From Scenedesmus sp. PABB004 (Eukaryota): a stretch of DNA of 64,000 nucleotides. Where the stretch lies: the NCBI GenBank assembly GCA_014905635.1, contig JABVCE010000007.1:1054001-1118000 (forward strand). The letters run 5' to 3'. This document shows, in pieces, positions 54,229 to 64,000 of the stretch (positions are counted from its first letter, which is position 1; the number at the start of each line of letters is the position of its first letter). The notes beneath the pieces are model-generated. The model did not search any database. It worked only from the letters and a program-made list of their open reading frames with translations, and had not been told where the DNA came from. Both the position numbers and the translations under genes were made by a program.

Positions 54229-55616
54229 ATGGTCAAAGCATCTGGCCAACAAGCACACGGCAGCTCGCCGCCATCAGCGGGCGCAGCCGCCGGCAGCGAC
54301 GGTCTGGCGCTCGGCGGCTGCAGCGCCAGCGACTGCAGCGGCAGCAGCAGCGGCGGGGCGCGGTCGGAAGCTGCAGGCCGCGCAGAGCCGGAGGCGCCGC
54401 CGGCAGCGGACGGCGGCGGCGGCGCGGGGAGCGCGTGCCGGCCGGCCAGCGCGGCGGCGAGCTGCAGCGGGCGCGGCAACTGCTACGTGATCGTCTACAA
54501 CCTCAGCAAGCGCGCCAACATCGGCACGCTGCTGCGCAGCTGCACCGCCTTTGGCGTCAAGGAGGCGCGCCCCGGGGGTGGCGGGCCGGGCGCGCGGCGC
54601 GCAGCAGTCGCCGCGCTGGGCGCGACCAGCGGGCGGGGTCGCCGACGGCCGCGGCAGCGTGCGCCCCGCAAGGTGCTCTCTCCGGGCGCCCCACGCGCCC
54701 GCGCCCCGCGCCACGCAGGTGTGCCTGGTCGGCCCGTCGCGGCAGTACAACAGCTTTGGCAGCCACGGCGCCGACGTGCACGTCGCGCTGCGCCACTTTG
54801 CCACGCCCGAGGCGTGCTGCGCCTACCTCAAGGCCGAGGCCGGTGCGGCGGACACGGCCGCGCCGCCAGGCGGCGCCGGCGCCCCGGCAGCGCGCGCGCG
54901 GTACGTCGCAGCGCCGCCCACGCCGCGTCCGCCGCCGCGTCCGCCGCCGCGTCCGCCGCCGCGTCCGCCGCCGCGTCCGCGTCCGCCCCGCAGGCTGCCG
55001 CATCCTGGGGTTGAGATCGACCCCGCCGCGCTGCCGGTGCAGGGGCACCCCTTTGACGGGCACACGGCCTTTATGCTGGGGAACGAAGTGCGCGGGCGGG
55101 CACGGCGCGCGGGCGGGCGGGCACGGCGCGCGGGCGGGCGGGCACGGCGCGCGGGCGGGCGGGCGCGTACGACCCCCAGCCCTCGCGGCGGCGGCCGGCG
55201 CCGGTCGCGCGCGCGCGACGCCGCCCGCGCCGCGCCGCGCCGCGCCCGCCGCGCAGGGGCAGGGCCTGTCGCCGCGGCAGGCGCGGCTGTGCGACGGCTT
55301 TGTGTTCATCCCCCAGCACGGCCCCGGCACCGCGTCGCTCAACGTGACGGTCGCGGCGTCGATCGTGCTGCACCACTTTGCGGTGTGGGCGGGCTACGCG
55401 GAGCGCGAGCGCGCGGGCGCCAAGTACGTCGTCGACGCCCGCCCCCAGCGCACCGCGGCGCGCGGGTTTGTGCCGCTCACCGACGCCGCGCGCGCGGCCG
55501 CCGCCGCGGCGCGCGCCGCCGACGAGGCGTGGCTCGACGCCGCGATGGCGGCGGCGGGCGGCGCGGAGGAGATGCTCGCCGCCGCGGGCGGCGACGCGGT
55601 CGTCGGGCAGCCGTGA
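54229..55616 (+). CDS. SpoU/TrmH-family tRNA/rRNA methyltransferase
   Basis: NLSKRANIGTLLRSCTAFG, FMLGNEGQGL, FIPQHG..SLNVTVAASIVL. Confidence 0.92.
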
Positions 55617-55741
55617 ACACCTGAACCCCGCGCGGCGGCTCAGGCGCGGTCGCGGCCCGACGCCGCCAGCAGGCCGCCCTCAACTTGCTGCTGCAGGCCC
55701 CCTTCCCTCATTGCCCCGCCGCGATCGCGAGCAGCCGCCGC

Positions 55742-55743
<2 letters not shown>

Positions 55744-55782
<39 letters not shown>
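55744..55782. repeat. (CAG)~12 microsatellite upstream of SF3B4
   Basis: gcagcag run in the intergenic/5' UTR region. Confidence 0.8.
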
Positions 55783-55965
55783 CCCCGCCGCGCCGCCGCC
55801 GCCGCAGCCGCCGCGAGCAGCAGCCGCAGCCGCGGCGCCTTCCGCAACCCTCGCCACCCCGCACCGGCGCACCGGCGCGCCTGATCGGGCGCCTCCGTCG
55901 CCGGCAGCGCGGGGCATCGGCGCGCGCGGGCGCTTCCCGGGCCGCGGCGCGGCCGCAGGCCGGCC

Positions 55966-58132
<2,167 letters not shown>

Positions 58133-58203
58133 GGCGGCGCGCGGCGCGGCGCGGCGGTTGCTGCCCAGGTGGCGAGCGGCGGCGGGGGTTGCGGTGCTCA
58201 ATC

Positions 58204-58220
58204 TGTAACGAGAGGTTACA
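58204..58220. terminator. Back-to-back TGTAA poly(A) signals for convergent SF3B4 (+, 58204-58208) and UPF1 (-, 58216-58220)
   Basis: tgtaa-cgagagg-ttaca. Confidence 0.6.
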
Positions 58221-58647
58221 TCGCAGCACAGCCGCCGCGCCCGCACACCGCGCGCGCCGAGGCGGCGGCGGCGCCGCGTCGCTCGCTGCGCGAAGCCTTT
58301 GAAACAGCGGCTCGCCGCGCGACTCGCAGAGCTCGGGCCCGCGCGCGCTGGCAGCCACGCGACAGGAGCGCGGCCGGCCGGGGTGGGCCGCCGTCAGCCT
58401 GCCGGCTTGCGCAGCTCGGCAGGGGCGTCGCGCTCGGCCGCGTGCGGTGCCGCGGGCGGCTGCAGGGCTGACCAGCGCGCATGCGCAGCCGCAGGCGCCA
58501 GCGGCCAGGCGCCAGCCAGCGGCAGCGGAGCTGCTGGTGGCTGGCGGCCCACAGCATGCGCGCGCATGGGCAGCACGGCCAACACGCGCGCGCGCGCGCG
58601 CGCACGAGAGGGCGCTCTCAGCACAGGACGGTGCGCGCGGGCGCGCC

Positions 58648-64000
<5,353 letters not shown>

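Overview
Eukaryotic nuclear DNA from an extremely GC-rich chlorophyte green alga (Sphaeropleales-like; inferred from plastid transit peptides, TGTAA poly(A) signals and dense short introns). Nearly all long ORFs in the track are artefacts of GC-rich introns and repeats, so I rebuilt the genes by manual splicing. Sixteen intron-rich genes are supported, in order: a giant low-GC secreted LRR protein (>1540 aa, runs off the left edge), a divergent plastid class I aldolase, a secreted PAN/EGF/papain mosaic protein, a catalytically dead S53 sedolisin, a zinc-finger protein, a cytochrome P450, a DHHC S-acyltransferase, a plastid coiled-coil protein, a signal-peptide-peptidase-like protease, a RING protein, nardilysin-like M16A, TMEM50/Vps68, separase, a SpoU methyltransferase, SF3B4 and UPF1 (runs off the right edge). 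Highlights: (1) about 28 GC-AG introns with an AG|GCGCG donor, far above the usual ~1%; (2) a compositionally foreign, exon-per-LRR gene whose two equivalent introns both carry the same 91-bp palindromic satellite; (3) a ~725-bp inverted duplication bracketing three genes, the footprint of a staggered-break inversion that placed the RING promoter and ATG in front of the P450; (4) a head-to-head pair of a Cys-His-Asp papain mosaic and a pseudo-sedolisin. Four 1-nt deletions in G/C runs are probably sequencing errors.
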